A stretch of DNA of 44,699 nt from Cyanobacteria bacterium MH1_Bin12 (GCA_011088145.1 JAALKG010000003.1:1-44699), one strand, 5' to 3'; positions 9,137-20,262 are shown, numbered from the stretch's first letter. The notes: generated by a model from the sequence alone, not told the origin. Program-made: numbers and translations.

Positions 9137-11377
9137 TTAATTAATTTTTTTCATATATTTTCCCCATAACAAAGCCGCCTGTGAACTACTACTATTGGTT
9201 GGTTTATTATCATCATTACCCAACCAAACACCTGTCACTAAATTATCTTGAGGCACATAACCAATAAACCATAAATCAACACCTTTATTCGTTGTACCTG
9301 TTTTACCAGCTTCTCCTCTACCTAGATAAGCAGCTTTACCTGTACCAGAGCTGACAACTTGTTGCAACATTCTATTCATATTACTCGCAATATTTTTGTC
9401 TAATACTTGTTTTTGCTCATCTCCAAGTTGATTAAAATGATATACCTGTGTGCAGGTGCGATAATCATCAAAATCTTGACAATCTCTCCCATCTCTAATC
9501 ACATTAATAGCATGGGGGCGAGACCACAATCCTTCGTTAGCAAAGGCTGTATATGCCCCTGTAATTTCCAATACATTTACTTCACTTTGACCTAAAACTA
9601 ATCCGGGTACAGGATTTAAGGGTGATTGAATTCCTAACCGTTGTGCTGTATTGACTACCTTGTCTAAACCTACTTCTTGAGCTACTCTTAATGCGATCGC
9701 ATTTTCAGATAAAGCCAAACCTTGAGCCATACTTACTGCCCCGGATAATCTTTCACAGGCTTTATATTGAATCCCTTGCCAACGCAAACTAGAACAGGAA
9801 TAAGTTTTACTCGGACTCGCTTTATTTTCTAATGCCGCAGTATAAGCAAACACTTTAAAAGTTGATGCGGGTTGTCTTTGAGCTTGAGTCGCTCGGTTAA
9901 ATTGGCTTTGCCCATAGTCTTTACCACCAACTAAAGCAATGATTTCCCCGTTACGACTATCAACAGTTGCGATCGCACCTTGAGAAAAATTATATCGTTT
10001 ACCATTACTATCAATATGAGTTTTCAGACTTTCTTCAGCAAAAGCTTGTATCTTAGGATTTAAACTTGTTTCAATAATGTAATCCCCTTCTTGAATCAAA
10101 TCTTTGCTTAATACTCGACTCATTTCATCAAAGACATAGCTATAAAAGTAAGGAGCAATAATTTGAGATAAAGTTTGTTTAGCTTTAGGACTAATTTTAA
10201 TGGTTGAACGTCTTGCACTAGAAGCCTCCTTGTCGCTAATCATCTTTAACCGTAACATTCTCTGAATAACACGATTACGCAATCCAATAGCGGTTTTATA
10301 ATCATTTACAGGATTAAAACTATTTGGTGCGGGTAACATTGCCACCAAAGTAGCTGACTCCACTAAATCCAAATCTTGAGCTGATTTATCAAAATAAAAT
10401 TGGGCAGCATCTTCAAAGCCATATAAATTAATGCCTAAATAAACTCGATTAAGATAAGTTTTTAAAATATCATTTTTGCTATAAACTGTCTCCAATTTCT
10501 TCGCTACCATCATTTCTCGCCATTTACGAGCTAGATTGTTTTCTCTCCCGACATCTGGATAAATACTTCTGGCGACTTGTTGGGTTATAGTACTCGCACC
10601 CTGTTGAACTCCAGTATCTCTTTTCACTAAGATTGCCCTTAAAATACCAATAGGATCAACTCCAAAATGCCAATAGTAACGGCTGTCTTCTGAAGCGACT
10701 AATGCTTTGGGTAAATAGGGTGAAAATTCTTGTAAGCTATTTAATTCTCGATGAGGTGTATCAATACGAGGAGCGAGTAATGTTTTACCATCATCACTGT
10801 AAACTACAGTTGCACCACCTGTGTGAAAGGGTATGGGATCAACTTTATATTTCAGCCACTGTATGGTAATTAAACCCATAATGGCAATGATCATAATCAT
10901 TATGGCGATTAATCCATACCTAACCAAAAGTAACCATTTTGCTGGAGAATTTTTGAAACTTATTTCTACCGCATCAGCTAAGTCTGGAGGGGCGAGGGTA
11001 ATGACATCGTTGTGACTGAGATTGACTGATTGATAACGTTTTTTGCCTAAATAAATACCGTTGGTTGATTTTAAGTCTTGGATAATAAATTGTTTAGGAT
11101 TATTTTCATCTCTTTCAATGGCACAGTGGCGTGTGCTAACAATTTCACTACGAATAGCTATATCACAATTACTACGACTACGTCCTATAATATATCGATC
11201 GCCGAGTAAAGGGCGAGAAAAAGAGTAATTTTTTCCATCCCTTATATATTTAATGTGAACAGTTGGTACTTTTGCATTAGCCTTGAGAGCGGGGAAATTT
11301 AATTTTACTTGTATTGTTTGCAAAACCCCCGTAAATATTTGACTCACAGGAGAGGAATCAGTCGATTTTTTAGGCAT
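9137..11377 (-). CDS. Bifunctional class A penicillin-binding protein (GT51 transglycosylase plus transpeptidase) with N-terminal FHA domain
   Basis: 746 aa. FHA signature YIIGRS..CDIAI....VSTRHCAIE....FIIQDLKSTNGIYL, then one TM helix. GT51 motifs ASEDSRYYWHFGVD, GASTITQQ and RKWREMMVAKKLE. Transpeptidase motifs STFK, SEN and KTGTT. Confidence 0.85.
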   Translation of the reverse strand: MPKKSTDSSPVSQIFTGVLQTIQVKLNFPALKANAKVPTVHIKYIRDGKNYSFSRPLLGDRYIIGRSRSNCDIAIRSEIVSTRHCAIERDENNPKQFIIQDLKSTNGIYLGKKRYQSVNLSHNDVITLAPPDLADAVEISFKNSPAKWLLLVRYGLIAIMIMIIAIMGLITIQWLKYKVDPIPFHTGGATVVYSDDGKTLLAPRIDTPHRELNSLQEFSPYLPKALVASEDSRYYWHFGVDPIGILRAILVKRDTGVQQGASTITQQVARSIYPDVGRENNLARKWREMMVAKKLETVYSKNDILKTYLNRVYLGINLYGFEDAAQFYFDKSAQDLDLVESATLVAMLPAPNSFNPVNDYKTAIGLRNRVIQRMLRLKMISDKEASSARRSTIKISPKAKQTLSQIIAPYFYSYVFDEMSRVLSKDLIQEGDYIIETSLNPKIQAFAEESLKTHIDSNGKRYNFSQGAIATVDSRNGEIIALVGGKDYGQSQFNRATQAQRQPASTFKVFAYTAALENKASPSKTYSCSSLRWQGIQYKACERLSGAVSMAQGLALSENAIALRVAQEVGLDKVVNTAQRLGIQSPLNPVPGLVLGQSEVNVLEITGAYTAFANEGLWSRPHAINVIRDGRDCQDFDDYRTCTQVYHFNQLGDEQKQVLDKNIASNMNRMLQQVVSSGTGKAAYLGRGEAGKTGTTNKGVDLWFIGYVPQDNLVTGVWLGNDDNKPTNSSSSQAALLWGKYMKKIN

Positions 11378-11513
11378 AACTCAAGGTGACACTATCCATA
11401 ATAACAAGTACAAGTATAAACCATGTCAAAAAAAGTTCATGGTCGATCGAAGGACAAAAGACAAAGGTCATTTGTGAAAATAGCTTGAAATCTTTGATCT
11501 TTTGGTCAAATGT

Positions 11514-12275
11514 TTAAAAGAATAAAGTTAAAGCTGAGAGGATCAAAGCTTCACTCCACTCTACTGTCGCTCCATAGGTATCTCCTGTATGACCTCCCAA
11601 TTTATAATTGAACCACCATCCTGTAAATAATGCGATCGCACTAGCTATTGAATTAATCATTAAGATCATTATTAAAGAGTGATGAACATAAAAATATTCC
11701 CATAACCCCACAGGAACAATAAATAAAGACGCAAAAATTACATCTAAGGGTAAATCTAGATTTTCTTTCAAAAAAGCACCTTTACCTTCTTTTCTTAAGT
11801 AATCATATAAGACGATCGTCATTAATTGTCCCCAACGAGCCCAACTCATTGCCAAAATCAATCCGCACAAAATCTGTTCTTGAAGAGAAAACAAAGCCCC
11901 AAACTTTAAAGCTATTAAAATAATTGCTGACATAACTCCAAACGCACCTGTACGACTATCACGCATTACTTCTAATTGCCTTTTTTGATCTCCTAGTATT
12001 GCTAAACCATCTGCCGTATCCATTACCCCATCTAAATGTAAACCTCCTGTCAAATAAATACCTAAAGCAACCAGAAAAATTGCAATCATCAAAGAGGAAA
12101 AACCAATAATATAAAATATATTGGATATCAAACCTAATACAGTAGCTAATAAAATTCCTATCCCAGGTAGCCAAATAGCAATGGAAAGAAAATCTATAGG
12201 AAAAAAAGCAGGAACATTGATTGTGGTGTAAAAAAGAACAGCACCAAAAAAAGAAGGGATTAATTTTTTCATCAT
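11514..12275 (-). CDS. cobS: Adenosylcobinamide-GDP ribazoletransferase (cobalamin synthase)
   Basis: 253-aa polytopic membrane protein with the CobS signature GGLHLDGVMDTADG and C-terminal GGHTGDTYGA. Confidence 0.85.
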   Translation of the reverse strand: MMKKLIPSFFGAVLFYTTINVPAFFPIDFLSIAIWLPGIGILLATVLGLISNIFYIIGFSSLMIAIFLVALGIYLTGGLHLDGVMDTADGLAILGDQKRQLEVMRDSRTGAFGVMSAIILIALKFGALFSLQEQILCGLILAMSWARWGQLMTIVLYDYLRKEGKGAFLKENLDLPLDVIFASLFIVPVGLWEYFYVHHSLIMILMINSIASAIALFTGWWFNYKLGGHTGDTYGATVEWSEALILSALTLFF

Positions 12276-12781
12276 GCTCCAAGATTTTTTAAAATTAACC
12301 TGAACAAAAACTTAATTTTAGGTTAAGATTAGGTGGTAGTGAAAAAAGAAAATTTATTACATATCTAAATTCGCTATTAGAATTAAAATTGCTATATTAG
12401 GATTAAAATGAATCTTGACTTTTTTGTCGAAAAGATTATAGTCCAAAGCGGTCTTCAGTGAACAGATTCTGTATCTGTATCTGGACGTGAGCAAAATACC
12501 CATATTAATGTTATTTATTTACTATTAGTAGGTAGAGTAACATAGCTGTCTGCTGCTCAAAAATAATTAATTACCTCTTTTAATAGTAAAGATGCATTAA
12601 TTATAAAAACATTATCTATCAATCACAACAATCAAAAAATAGCTGATTTGCTCCCTAAAATTAAATAAGAATTATTGTTGAACTACAACAAACATCGAAA
12701 AAAAAGGGGCAATTTGATAACCTATATTAAGTTTAATAACCAGTAATTAGTCAGCATAGAGAGTTCAAAAGGTCAATAACT

Positions 12782-13240
12782 ATGAATCATCAAACCAACA
12801 ATTGTCAACTACCAGCACCTTGCATTATTGAGTCAGGTATTTTAGTTAATAACGAAGATATAAGAAGATTAATCAATGATTTAACTCAAGTACGTTACAT
12901 ACACGATATTGATGGTGTTGTGCAGAATCAAGGACAAGGTTGGATTTTAGAAGTATTTAATAATCCTAATCAAGCGACTATCGTTGTTAATAATAGTTTA
13001 TATATCAATATTCAAAGCTTTGACTATCTCAAACTTAATCAAGTATCTCCCTACGAAACCTACTTTGATTTAATTCAAGATAATCGTACTCTTCGCTTAA
13101 TTCCTCTCGCCACAGTCCATCAAGAACAACAGCAACAAGCCTCTAAAAATCTAGGTTTTGATCAGGATAATTTCGATGAAATGTTAGGAGAAGTATTTTC
13201 TGCTAAATGGGATGTACAATGCGACGATGATTTTATCTAG
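12782..13240 (+). CDS. Hypothetical protein
   Basis: Clean 152-aa ORF with ATG start, preceded by a ~500-bp AT-rich spacer. I recognise no family. Confidence 0.45.
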   Translation: MNHQTNNCQLPAPCIIESGILVNNEDIRRLINDLTQVRYIHDIDGVVQNQGQGWILEVFNNPNQATIVVNNSLYINIQSFDYLKLNQVSPYETYFDLIQDNRTLRLIPLATVHQEQQQQASKNLGFDQDNFDEMLGEVFSAKWDVQCDDDFI

Positions 13241-13383
13241 AACGAATACTAATATTTATAGCAAAATTCAGATATTTTTTCTTAGTAAATCTTGAGCAAA
13301 CACGAAGACGATAGTTTGTTTGTATTAAATACTGGTATATTTTGTACCATAGTGGTCATCAGTAAATCCTTCGTAACTGAATT

Positions 13384-13418
13384 AACTATCAACTATCAAC
13401 TATCAACTATCAACTATT
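13384..13418. repeat. Heptamer tandem array (AACTATC = CAACTAT phase) x4 plus 1 variant
   Basis: Direct reading. Ends 2 nt before the GTG start of tgt at 13421. The same unit forms the array at 21265..21320. Confidence 0.9.
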
Positions 13419-13420
13419 AA

Positions 13421-14524
<1,104 letters not shown>

Positions 14525-14526
14525 AA

Positions 14527-14559
14527 GAACTCAGAACTCAGAACTCAGAACTCAGAACT
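14527..14559. repeat. Heptamer tandem array (GAACTCA) x4 plus a partial unit
   Basis: Direct reading. Begins 3 nt after the tgt stop codon. Confidence 0.9.
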
Positions 14560-14576
14560 TTTAACTTAGACTAAAT

Positions 14577-15041
14577 CAGGACTTACGCAAAAGACATGAT
14601 AATAGAAGGAGATTTTAATTCTTTTTTCAAATAATTAGAAAGTAAAGAATGCTTAACTTCATAAATCGTTTTACCTGTTGAATACGCTATTTGTTTTAAT
14701 TTTAACCAGACAAATATTGCACAATTTATATGATTTCTCTGAATCCTTTCCTTTCGACATTGACAACATTCTATCCCCGTTAATTGCTTTTCTTCTCGGT
14801 GAAATTCCTCAATTTTCCAACGAATGCTACACTCTTTTCGTACACCATTTGCCGATTTTTGAGCTTTGTCATTTGTTATGACAAAATCCGTCCTATTGGT
14901 AGAAAGATGATAAAAAATAGTTTTAACGTAATTTTACCATGAGCAGATTCTAATACTATAGTTAATCAATACTGATTCACTGTAACTATTAATAAATAAG
15001 GGCTATGTTCTTATTTTTTCTTTTTGTTTGCGTAAGTCCTG
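14577..15041 (-). mobile_element. Internally deleted IS derivative (465 bp) with intact 15-bp terminal inverted repeats
   Basis: CAGGACTTACGCAAA at 14577..14591 is the exact reverse complement of TTTGCGTAAGTCCTG at 15027..15041. Only the C-terminal part of a DDE transposase remains inside. Confidence 0.75.
14583..14933 (-). pseudogene. DDE transposase C-terminal fragment (IS4/IS701-like)
   Basis: Minus-strand translation NYVKTIFYHLSTNRTDFVITND...CSIRWKIEEFHREEKQLTGIECCQCRKERIQRNHINCAIFVWLKLKQIAY...SPSIIMSFA*. The stop codon lies inside the terminal inverted repeat. The RWKIEEFHRE.KQ block is the region carrying the last catalytic Glu in this transposase class. The N-terminal two thirds are missing. 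Confidence 0.65.
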
Positions 15042-15178
15042 TTCTTAACTTTTGTTCGTATTTTAATTTTTCGGCATATTTACCCAGCTTTTTATCATTT
15101 TATTCTCAAGAAAAACTCATTATCGATCGCTATAATCAGTCTATATATTAGTTGAATGGTAATTTTCCGACTAAAGTC

Positions 15179-16024
15179 ATGAAAGGTTTTCGTAAATGGA
15201 TTTTCGTCACTACAATCGTGACTATCTCCGGATTAACTGGTTTAGTTTATCAAGCAGGAGGTTGGGACGATTTCAAATTAAAATATTTTCATGTGAGCAG
15301 TGTTCTTCATAACCAAGAAAAAGAATTAAATGATATTAGAACACAAAACATTGATGTCCAAGAAAATAGCAGAATTAATTTAGACCAATTGCTCAATGGA
15401 GACCCTCCCAAAGATGGTATTCCTAGTCTCGATAATCCTCAGTTTGATAGTGCGAGCAACACACCATTTTCCTCGAAAGAATTGGTAATTGGGATCATGG
15501 TAAATGGAGAAGCAAAAGCTTATCCTATTGGAATTATGAATTGGCATGAAATCGTTAACGATACTGTAGGAGGTCTCAATCTGACTATTTCTTATTGTCC
15601 TTTATGTGACACTATCGTTGCTTTTGAAAGAGGAAATTCTACTTATGGAGTCTCAGGAAAATTATATCAAAGTTGTTTGGTAATGTTCGATCGCTCTGAT
15701 GACACTCTTTATGCTCAACCTTGGGCATTAGGAATTATTGGTAAACAGGTTAACAGTTCTCTCCAAAGAATACCTGCGATTCAGACTACTTTAGAAAATT
15801 GGTTAAATAAATATCCAGACAGTAAAATTTTGTCGACCAAAACTGGATATAGTCGGGATTATTTTCGCTACCCTTACGGTAATTATAAAACTAATCAAAA
15901 TATTATTTTTCCCGTCAGAAATCAAGATAAGCTAACTTTCCATCCCAAAGCGATCGTCACTTATATTTGGAAAAATGATGGTAAAATAGTTCAAAATAAA
16001 TTTTCAGGCACAAGTTATTCGTAA
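15179..16024 (+). CDS. DUF3179 domain-containing protein, probably 3'-truncated by a TnpB remnant
   Basis: ATG at 15179 (MKGFRKW, signal anchor). DUF3179 blocks PPKDGIPSLDNPQF, KAYPIGIMNWHEIVND and SYCPLCDT. Similarity ends around 15990-16005, where a TnpB-derived frame begins. Confidence 0.65.
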   Translation: MKGFRKWIFVTTIVTISGLTGLVYQAGGWDDFKLKYFHVSSVLHNQEKELNDIRTQNIDVQENSRINLDQLLNGDPPKDGIPSLDNPQFDSASNTPFSSKELVIGIMVNGEAKAYPIGIMNWHEIVNDTVGGLNLTISYCPLCDTIVAFERGNSTYGVSGKLYQSCLVMFDRSDDTLYAQPWALGIIGKQVNSSLQRIPAIQTTLENWLNKYPDSKILSTKTGYSRDYFRYPYGNYKTNQNIIFPVRNQDKLTFHPKAIVTYIWKNDGKIVQNKFSGTSYS

Positions 16025-16358
16025 CTCTTGTTTGAGATATTGGATGGATGGTAAAAAAGAGGATAAAATTAATCGCTTTGCTTTAAATAAATATACAAAA
16101 GTATTAGCTGATCATCCTCATTTTCCTTGGGCAGCTAAATTAAATTCAATGGCTAGACAAGCATCAGCCGAAAGAGCTTGGTCAGCTATCTCTGGCTTCT
16201 TTGATAACTGTAAGAAAAAGGTATCAGGAAAAAAGGGATACCCTCGCTTTAAGAAGAATAGTCGTTCTGTGGAATATAAAACTTCAGGTTGGTCATTATC
16301 TGATGAGAGAAAATATCTCACAATGACCGATCACTTTGGTATCGGTTATTGCTTCTGA
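16005..16358 (+). pseudogene. IS200/IS605-family TnpB (OrfB) fragment, N-terminal ~115 aa only
   Basis: QAQVIRNSCLRYWMDGKKEDKINRFALNKYTKVLADHPHFPWAAKLNSMARQASAERAWSAISGFFDNCKKKVSGKKGYPRFKKNSRSVEYKTSGW matches the conserved N-terminal region of TnpB proteins. The first ~25 aa and the whole RuvC/zinc-finger part are missing. Confidence 0.75.
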
Positions 16359-16571
16359 AATATTGTAAAATGATATTAAGAATTATTGAATCATTGTATT
16401 AATAAGTAAAACCACTTAATTAAACATAAAATATCTTAAGCTTTTTTTACAAGAGCGTTATAAACTCAAAGCGAATTTACGACTTAAGTTGACTAACTTG
16501 TTTGATTAATTGGATTAAACAATTATGATTCAAGGCAGTTATTACAAGAAGAGTACGAGGCATTAGTGATA

Positions 16572-17738
16572 ATGGGTGTATCAAACAACAAGTCAGAATT
16601 TTTCTCGTCTCCATTCTATTCAGATAACAATACTCTACTAATATTGCTATTTGTAGATAATCGTCATAGTTCACGAAAAAATATTGAACAAATTAAATCA
16701 TACTTACAAACACTCAGTAAAGATTATCATTTTGATTGGCGGATATTGGAAATTAGTGAATATCCCCATTTAGTTGAACATTTTAAATTGGTTGCAACTC
16801 CTGCTCTCGTTAAGGTTAATCCACCACCACAACAAACTTTAGCAGGTAATGATTTAACTGCAAAATTACAAAAATATTGGTATAAATGGCAAACTTCACT
16901 ACAAGAAAATCATGATATTTTTCAAGATTCCTTTGATGAAGATATTTTACTTAAAACCTGTTTGCCTTCATCGGAATTAATACGTTTGAGAGATGATATT
17001 TTTGGATTAAGAACAGAAGTAAAGCAATTAAAACAAATCCTCAAATTCAAAGAGGAAATGTTAGCAATGTTAGCTCATGATTTGAGAAGTCCTTTAACTG
17101 CCGCGTCGATTGCCGTAGAAACCATAGAATTAGCTCATAAAAAAACAGATTCAGTACCAAACGAAAGATTGTATGGAAAGCTGTTCAAACATGCGAAGAC
17201 TCAGTTGTCGACCATGAATACAATGATAACTAATTTATTACAAGTTTCTCAAGATGTTAACTATCAACTCAACATAGTACCTGTGAAAGTAAATTTGTTA
17301 AATCTTTGTCAAGATATTATAAATAACTTACCTTCAGAATTGAAAGAACAAGAACGCTCAATTCTTCAAGACATTCCTCAAGACTTACCTGAAGTCTATG
17401 CTGATTCTCAATTAATTCGACAAGTTATCATTAATTTACTCGAGAATGCGATTAAATATAGTCCTATTTCAGCTCCAATTATTCTATCAATTATTCATAA
17501 AACAACACCAAAAGTACAAATTAGTATAATTGATGAAGGTTCGGGTATCCCTGACAAACAGAAAAAATCAATTTTTCAAGGTGGTTTTCGATTACAAAGA
17601 GACTCTAATGCTGAGGGCTATGGCATTGGTTTGGCTTTTTGTCAGCAAATAATTAATGCTCATTACGGGCAAATTTGGGTTGATGATAATGGTAATCAAG
17701 GTAGTTGTTTTCGTTTAACCCTACCTGTTTACCGTTGA
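16572..17738 (+). CDS. sasA: Circadian clock output histidine kinase SasA (KaiB-like N-terminal domain plus HisKA/HATPase)
   Basis: N-terminal thioredoxin-like KaiB-type domain LLILLFVDNRHSSRKNIEQIKSYLQ...LVATPALVKVNPPP. H-box LAMLAHDLRSPLTA. N-box LLENAIKYSP. G-boxes DEGSGIP and GYGIGLAF. Confidence 0.85.
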   Translation: MGVSNNKSEFFSSPFYSDNNTLLILLFVDNRHSSRKNIEQIKSYLQTLSKDYHFDWRILEISEYPHLVEHFKLVATPALVKVNPPPQQTLAGNDLTAKLQKYWYKWQTSLQENHDIFQDSFDEDILLKTCLPSSELIRLRDDIFGLRTEVKQLKQILKFKEEMLAMLAHDLRSPLTAASIAVETIELAHKKTDSVPNERLYGKLFKHAKTQLSTMNTMITNLLQVSQDVNYQLNIVPVKVNLLNLCQDIINNLPSELKEQERSILQDIPQDLPEVYADSQLIRQVIINLLENAIKYSPISAPIILSIIHKTTPKVQISIIDEGSGIPDKQKKSIFQGGFRLQRDSNAEGYGIGLAFCQQIINAHYGQIWVDDNGNQGSCFRLTLPVYR

Positions 17739-17795
17739 ATGTGATACCCATATTAAGATAAAATATAGCTGAAAAGAGCTGGAGAATAGTCTATT

Positions 17796-18251
17796 ATGAA
17801 TAAATATTTTTTGACTACCATTGCAATTTTAACGAGTTTTCTAATTACCAATTCTAGTAAAGCAGAGAATCCTGCTCACGTGCAGCAATTATTAGAAACA
17901 AATCAATGTATGGGATGTGATTTGCAAGGTGCTGATTTATCAGAAACTCATTTAATTGGTGCTGACTTGAGACGGGCTGACTTGCATAATGCTAATTTAG
18001 CAGATGCGAATTTAGAAGGTGCCGATTTAGACGGTGCTAACTTACAAGGTGCTAATTTAGATCATGCTTTTCTAACCAATGCAACCATGAATTACGCTAA
18101 CCTTAATAACGTAACTTTAACTTATGCGACAATTTATGATGCTCAACTATATGGGGCAACGATGAATAATATGAATATTCAAAATGCTTCTATCTTTGAA
18201 ACCAATATTGGTGTCGGTGGTGAATACCAAGAGTTGATTGAGAATGAATAA
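17796..18251 (+). CDS. Pentapeptide-repeat protein with signal peptide
   Basis: 151 aa. Hydrophobic N-terminus, then consecutive A(D/N)LxG-type pentapeptides (GADLSETHLIGADLRRADLHNANLADANLEGADLDGANLQGANL). Confidence 0.85.
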   Translation: MNKYFLTTIAILTSFLITNSSKAENPAHVQQLLETNQCMGCDLQGADLSETHLIGADLRRADLHNANLADANLEGADLDGANLQGANLDHAFLTNATMNYANLNNVTLTYATIYDAQLYGATMNNMNIQNASIFETNIGVGGEYQELIENE

Positions 18252-18346
18252 TTGCTTTTAATATCGACGGCATGACTGAAGGAATAACTGGAAGTTAAAT
18301 TAAGATAGAATTGTTGTTGGCAATCAAATGGGTATTATCTACAATA

Positions 18347-19729
18347 ATGGTTACAACAAATTGTTCTATTAAAAATTTTTTAAGCAAACAAAAAAACTAT
18401 TTTTCTACGGATGTCACTAAACCTTGGGGTTTTCGTTTACAACAACTAAAAAAATTAAAATCAGCTATTATTTCTCGACAGGATGAGATTTTAGTTGCTT
18501 TGAAAGCAGATTTAGAGAAGCCCACTTTTGAGGGTTGTTTTGAGTTAATGGTTGTACGAGACATTGATTATGCCATTAAAAATTTATCAAAATGGGTTAA
18601 GCCTCAATCCGTAAAAAGTGATCTTGCTTTGTTTCCTAGTAGTGCGAAAATTTATCCTGAGCCGTTAGGTATCGTTTTAATTATTAGTCCTTGGAATTAT
18701 CCTTTTTCTTTGATGATTTCTCCTTTAATTGGTGCGATCGCTGCGGGTAATTGTGCTATGTTAAAACCATCAGAATTATCTCCCCACACATCGACGGTTT
18801 TAACTAAATTAATTAGAGATACCTTTGCTCCTGAATATATTTACATTCAAGAAGGCGGGGTAGATGTTGCCCAAGAATTATTATCCTTAAAATTTGACCA
18901 TATTTTCTTTACAGGGGGAACCAAAGTTGGTCAAATTGTCATGTAAACCGCCGCTAAAAATTTAACTCCTGTCACCTTGGAATTAGGAGGAAAAAGTCCC
19001 TGTATTGTAGATAAAGATGTCAACTTAACCGAAGCTGCAAAACGAATTACTTGGGGTAAATTTATTAATGCTGGACAAAGCTGTATTGCACCAGATTACA
19101 TTCTAGTAGATAGTCAGATTAAAACAGATTTAATTATAGAAATTAAACAATGTATTGATAATTTTTTCGGTGATAATCCTGAACAAAGTGATGATTATGC
19201 CCGTATTATTAATCAAAAACAATTTGAAAGATTATGTCATCTTTTAACAGATGGCAAGATAATTGTGGGAGGAGAAAACAATCTTCAGAATAAATATATT
19301 GCACCGACAGTTTTAGATGATGTGTCCCTCGATTCATCTGTGATGGCAGCAGAAATTTTTGGGCCTATTTTACCAATTATAAAATATACAACTCTAGATG
19401 AAGCGATCGCTTTAATTAACAGTAAACCCAAACCTCTGGCTTTATATTTCTTCTCCAATAACAAGCAAAAACAAAACCAAATATTAAGACAAACTTCCTC
19501 AGGTGCATTATCATTCAATGAAACAATGATGCATGGAAATATAAACGATTTACCTTTTGGTGGTGTTGGAAATAGTGGTATCGGTGCATACCATGGCAAA
19601 GCTAGTTTTGATATCTTTTCTCATCAAAAAAGTATTTTTTATCGTCCATTTTGGGGGGATTTGAATTGGCGTTATGCTCCCTATAAAGACAATATTGTCA
19701 AGATATTTAGACAAATATTTACACGGTGA
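18347..19729 (+). pseudogene. Aldehyde dehydrogenase (ALDH3-like, NAD(P)+) with one in-frame TAA
   Basis: ORFs 18311..18946 and 18977..19729 are in the same frame. Read-through gives [34 protein letters not shown] with TAA at 18944..18946. Catalytic region NAGQSCIAPDY and EIFGPILP are present. The stop falls inside the conserved VM-x-AAAK-x-LTP block. Confidence 0.8.
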
Positions 19730-19757
19730 GAAAAAGCCATCAGAATTGAGAATTAAG

Positions 19758-20018
19758 AACTGATGTTACGCAAAAGACTTCTGGAAAAGAGACAACACTT
19801 GTAGGGGCAGAATATAATGTTACTCATAATAGAAATAGGTGACAAATTTTTGAGTACTCTGTCTTATAGTTAACAAATCCAGATCAAAAATGTTAATTTT
19901 CAGTGTCCTCTGCGTTCTCTGTGGTTAAATAATAAACAAAGGTTAGAGATTCCCACCAGATTTGAACGAAAATGCCAAGACATCGACAATCAAAAAAGTT
20001 AAGTGCGTAATATCAGTT
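19758..20018. mobile_element. 261-bp MITE with 15-bp terminal inverted repeats AACTGATRTTACGCA
   Basis: AACTGATGTTACGCA at 19758..19772 versus the reverse complement of TGCGTAATATCAGTT at 20004..20018 (14 of 15 match). No ORF. Flanked by AAG on both sides. Removing it restores a GAATTGA GAATTAA GAATTGG heptamer array. Confidence 0.65.
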
Positions 20019-20262
20019 AAGAATTGGAATTTTCTTTTTAAAAGACAATGATTAATTTACTCGTAAACTGGATTTAAAAACGATAGAGATATATACAACA
20101 TCTCTAAATTTATACCCTTTGATATAAATGTTAGTAATCAGAGCAATATTGAGAACAAACAAAAATGTAATAATCATAAAGTAAATATTTTGCCAGTGAG
20201 TAAAATATCCTAACTAGACTATCTCTGTAACAACTATAGAAGCTCAGTTATAAATATCAAAA

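Noticed and set aside
11959-12282. Alternative-frame and antisense ORFs nested in real genes. Examples: 79..270, 1273..1521, 2313..2498, 2373..2558, 5646..5933, 9407..9595, 10833..11015, 11959..12282, 16118..16321, 19285..19599, 20428..20670, 28994..29191, 29813..30004, 30373..30564, 30520..30714, 32477..32686, 36548..36778, 40506..40718, 42525..42722.
   Set aside because: Each lies inside a longer ORF with clear family homology, has low-complexity or stop-poor AT-rich composition, and has no recognisable motif.
12276-12560. Possible cobalamin riboswitch upstream of cobS (minus strand), and a glutamine-riboswitch-like GTTCACTGAAG stretch.
   Set aside because: I could not find a B12 box or the GGGAA / GCCACTG core elements on either strand, nor the GGAAGTAGG core of the glnA RNA motif. 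A covariance-model scan would be needed to revisit this.
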